Below, one piece after another: positions 53,302 to 55,457 of a DNA stretch of 55,457 bases. Numbering within the stretch: the stretch's first letter is position 1; each line of letters opens with the position of its first letter. Origin of the DNA: a virus; IMG/VR virus record IMGVR_UViG_3300045988_047237, positions 1-55,457 of that record. One strand, 5' to 3'. Under the pieces are notes generated by a model. It did no database searches, was not told where the DNA came from, and saw only the letters and a program-made list of their open reading frames with translations. A program made the translations under genes and the position numbers.

Positions 53302-53658
53302 CTAGTGCCCCTCTTTCTCGTACCAATAGGTTATATTGTCGAAAATAGTTCTCCGGTGTTCCGCGTTAAGGACTTTTAATCGCTTAACATTTTCTAGTAG
53401 TTCTGCATCGGACAGCAAATCAGGAATTAGATCTGCGGTATCATCCGTAAAATTATCATCCCAACCCATTAAATAAGATGGCGAAATATCAAGAACCTTT
53501 GCAATGCTTTCAAGCTTATCACTCGGAATGTTCGTTATGATATTGTTCTCATACTTATATAATGTCTGTTTTGATACTTGAATTTTACCGGCAAGCTCAA
53601 CTTGTGGCATATTCAAGAGTTCACGGCGTTTTTTAATTCTGTCTCCAATTGACATCAT
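53302..53658 (-). CDS. CI-like XRE-family repressor
   Basis: IGDRIKKRRELLNMPQVELAGKIQVSKQTLYKYENN... HTH. Divergent from the cro-like gene. ATG 53658 after aaggagg. Confidence 0.85.
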   Translation of the reverse strand: MMSIGDRIKKRRELLNMPQVELAGKIQVSKQTLYKYENNIITNIPSDKLESIAKVLDISPSYLMGWDDNFTDDTADLIPDLLSDAELLENVKRLKVLNAEHRRTIFDNITYWYEKEGH

Positions 53659-53797
53659 ATGTTCCTCCTTTCCTATTGGTAACTTCATTATATCACTAAA
53701 AAGTTACAAGTCAAGTAAAAAATAACTTGACAAGTTACAAAAAAAGGATATAATGAAAGTAACTTGATAAGTTACAATGACGAAAGGAGATGAAAAT
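53659..53797. promoter_or_regulatory. lysis-lysogeny switch: divergent promoters with palindromic operators
   Basis: aacttgAcaagtt (53724-36), gtaacttGATaagttac (53759-75) and half-sites at 53701-16. Rightward TTGACA-16-TATAAT (53727-54). Leftward TTGACT-16-TATAAT on the minus strand. Confidence 0.75.
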
Positions 53798-54007
53798 ATG
53801 ATAGACACAAACAAGCTTCGCGGAGTTATCGCCGAACGCGGCAAGACACAAGCGGATGTCGCTAAAATGATAGGAATAACTACCAAAACATTCTATTCGC
53901 ATATGCAGAAAGGTGTGTTTGGCAGCGATGAAATCCAGGCAATGATTGACGGCTTGGAAATTCACAATCCTATGGATATTTTTTTTGCAAAGCAGGTAAC
54001 TTTATAA
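53798..54007 (+). CDS. Cro-like HTH regulator
   Basis: LRGVIAERGKTQADVAKMIGITTKTFYSHMQKG; ATG after aaaggaga. Confidence 0.75.
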   Translation: MIDTNKLRGVIAERGKTQADVAKMIGITTKTFYSHMQKGVFGSDEIQAMIDGLEIHNPMDIFFAKQVTL

Positions 54008-54032
54008 GTTACTAAGGGAAGGAGAAGCGTAT

Positions 54033-54806
54033 ATGAATTTACAGATATTCAAAAATGAAGAGTTCGGGAAAATCCGAACAGTTGAGAAAAATGATGTTGT
54101 TTATTTCGCCGGAAGTGATGTTGCAAAGGCTTTAGGTTATGCAATCCCACACAAGGCAGTACAGACACACTGCAAGGGGGTTCTAAAATGGAACATCCCT
54201 ACAGATAGCGGAAATCAGGACGTTTTGTTTATAACCGAGGGCGATGTTTACCGCCTTATTATGAGGTCGAAATTGCCGAGTGCTGAAAGATTTGAAAGTT
54301 GGGTAATGGATGAGGTTCTTCCGTCAATCAGAAAGAACGGCGGTTACATAGCCGGACAGGAAACGATGACGGATGATGAGTTACTTGCCAAGGCTCTTAT
54401 GGTGGCAAACAACAAGATTGCGGAAAGAGACCGCATAATCGAACATCAGAAAGCCAAAATCGAATATGACAGACCGAAAACCATTTTCGCCGATGCCGTA
54501 GCGACAAGTAACACATCAATCCTTGTCGGAGATTTGGCAAAGATAATATGTCAGAACGGCGTACAGATAGGACAGAAGCGGTTATTCGCGTGGCTTAGAG
54601 ATAACGGCTATCTTATGAAAAACGATTCTTCCTACAATATGCCAATTCAGAGATATGTGCAGCAGGGTTTATTTGAGGTTAAGGAAAGAAGCATACAGAA
54701 CCCGGATGGAAGTGTGAGAATAACAATCACTCCTAAGGTAACGGGGAAAGGACAGTTGTATTTCGTGAACAAGTTTTTAGGTGGTAGCAATGGTAAAGAG
54801 GAATAA
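54033..54806 (+). CDS. antirepressor (Bro-N plus KilAC-type domains)
   Basis: N-terminus LQIFKNEEFGKIRTVEKNDVVYFAGSDVAKALGY..., C-terminus ...LFAWLRDNGYLM... typical of phage antirepressors. Confidence 0.8.
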   Translation: MNLQIFKNEEFGKIRTVEKNDVVYFAGSDVAKALGYAIPHKAVQTHCKGVLKWNIPTDSGNQDVLFITEGDVYRLIMRSKLPSAERFESWVMDEVLPSIRKNGGYIAGQETMTDDELLAKALMVANNKIAERDRIIEHQKAKIEYDRPKTIFADAVATSNTSILVGDLAKIICQNGVQIGQKRLFAWLRDNGYLMKNDSSYNMPIQRYVQQGLFEVKERSIQNPDGSVRITITPKVTGKGQLYFVNKFLGGSNGKEE

Positions 54807-55044
54807 GTTTAAACGGTTCATCCATTCCATACCGTGGGCGGCATACACCGGCGCAGTAGTGTTTATAGCATTGATGTTGATGTTAATAATTGTCGCTATG
54901 GTAAACCATAACCGGAATATCGTAGACACGGAAGAGTCTGAACCGGAAACAGAAACAATAATCGAAACGGTCAGCATTGTACGGCAGACGGACAGTGAGG
55001 ATTTATATTTTTCAACAGAGAAAGGAGAAGACAATGGCAATTAA
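54790..55044 (+). CDS. small membrane protein
   Basis: TM helix AAYTGAVVFIALMLMLIIVAMV; overlaps neighbouring genes. Confidence 0.5.
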   Translation: MVKRNKFKRFIHSIPWAAYTGAVVFIALMLMLIIVAMVNHNRNIVDTEESEPETETIIETVSIVRQTDSEDLYFSTEKGEDNGN

Positions 55045-55457
55045 GAGTTACAAGGGATTTAACAAAGATATGACTTGCAAAGGATTTCAATATGAAGAGG
55101 GCAAGGAATACGAGACAGAAAGGGCAGAGTGTTGTGAAACCGGATTTCATGCGTGCGAATATCCGTTGGATTGTTTTTCACATTACGCGCCAAATGACAG
55201 CGTATATCATGAAGTAGAGCAGGACGGAGACATTGACCGCAAAGATGGCGGTACAAAGATTGCATCAACCAAAATCAAGATTGGCGCAAGAATAAGCATA
55301 GCCGGAATTGTTAAAGCAGCTATTGAGTACACAATGAGCAGAACTAAAAAGGAAGCAAGCAAAGATGATGATTACGGCGCATCGTCAGCCACCGGTTCTT
55401 ACGGCGCATCGTCAGCCACCGGTTCTTGTGGCGCATCGTCAGCCACCGGAGATTACG
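55034..55457 (+). CDS. 5' part of the wrap-around repeat protein (continues at 1..338)
   Basis: ATG 55034 after aaaggaga; open to the window edge. N-terminus YKGFNKDMTCKGFQYEEGKEYE...CETGFHACEYPLDCF is a recurring phage/prophage domain. Confidence 0.75.
   Translation, partial: MAIKSYKGFNKDMTCKGFQYEEGKEYETERAECCETGFHACEYPLDCFSHYAPNDSVYHEVEQDGDIDRKDGGTKIASTKIKIGARISIAGIVKAAIEYTMSRTKKEASKDDDYGASSATGSYGASSATGSCGASSATGDY

Overview
The window looks like a complete, circularly closed genome of about 55.4 kb from a temperate siphovirus-type phage of a spore-forming Firmicute (Clostridia-like). Bases 1-36 repeat at 55422-55457, and one gene reads in frame across that junction. All calls come from reading the sequence and ORF track by eye; no BLAST, HMM or covariance-model search was run, so protein families are motif-level recollections.

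Layout:
- 0.3-15.3 kb: early, recombination and replication genes. These include a Spo0A-C-like protein, an SMC-like ATPase, RecT, SSB, an MBL-fold hydrolase, a PAPS-reductase-like protein, YopX, a GIY-YIG nuclease, a C5 methyltransferase and a replisome organizer.
- 15.4-16.8 kb: large serine integrase with a candidate attP.
- 17-25.5 kb: accessory cargo.
- 26.0 kb: terS.
- 27.25-28.87 kb: a 1.6-kb RNA island.
- 28.9-32.5 kb: small Cys-rich genes.
- 32.5-52.2 kb: terL and the head, tail and lysis genes.
- 52.2-55 kb: lysogeny switch.

Most unusual observations:
1. An orphan type I-B-like cas5 homolog (21017-21721). It is preceded by a promoter-to-terminator mini-RNA whose 5' end resembles a clostridial CRISPR repeat.
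2. An ORF-free, helix-dense RNA island. It holds tRNA-Gln, tRNA-Ser, aberrant tRNA-like elements and a ~600-nt candidate large ncRNA in a GOLLD/ROOL-like context.
3. A tape-measure gene split by two paralogous ORF-less introns of about 330 nt, probably group I.
4. A duplicated, inverted promoter-leader module flanking an HTH gene and driving small acidic proteins.
5. Two early genes disrupted, one by a 2-nt frameshift and one by an in-frame TAG.
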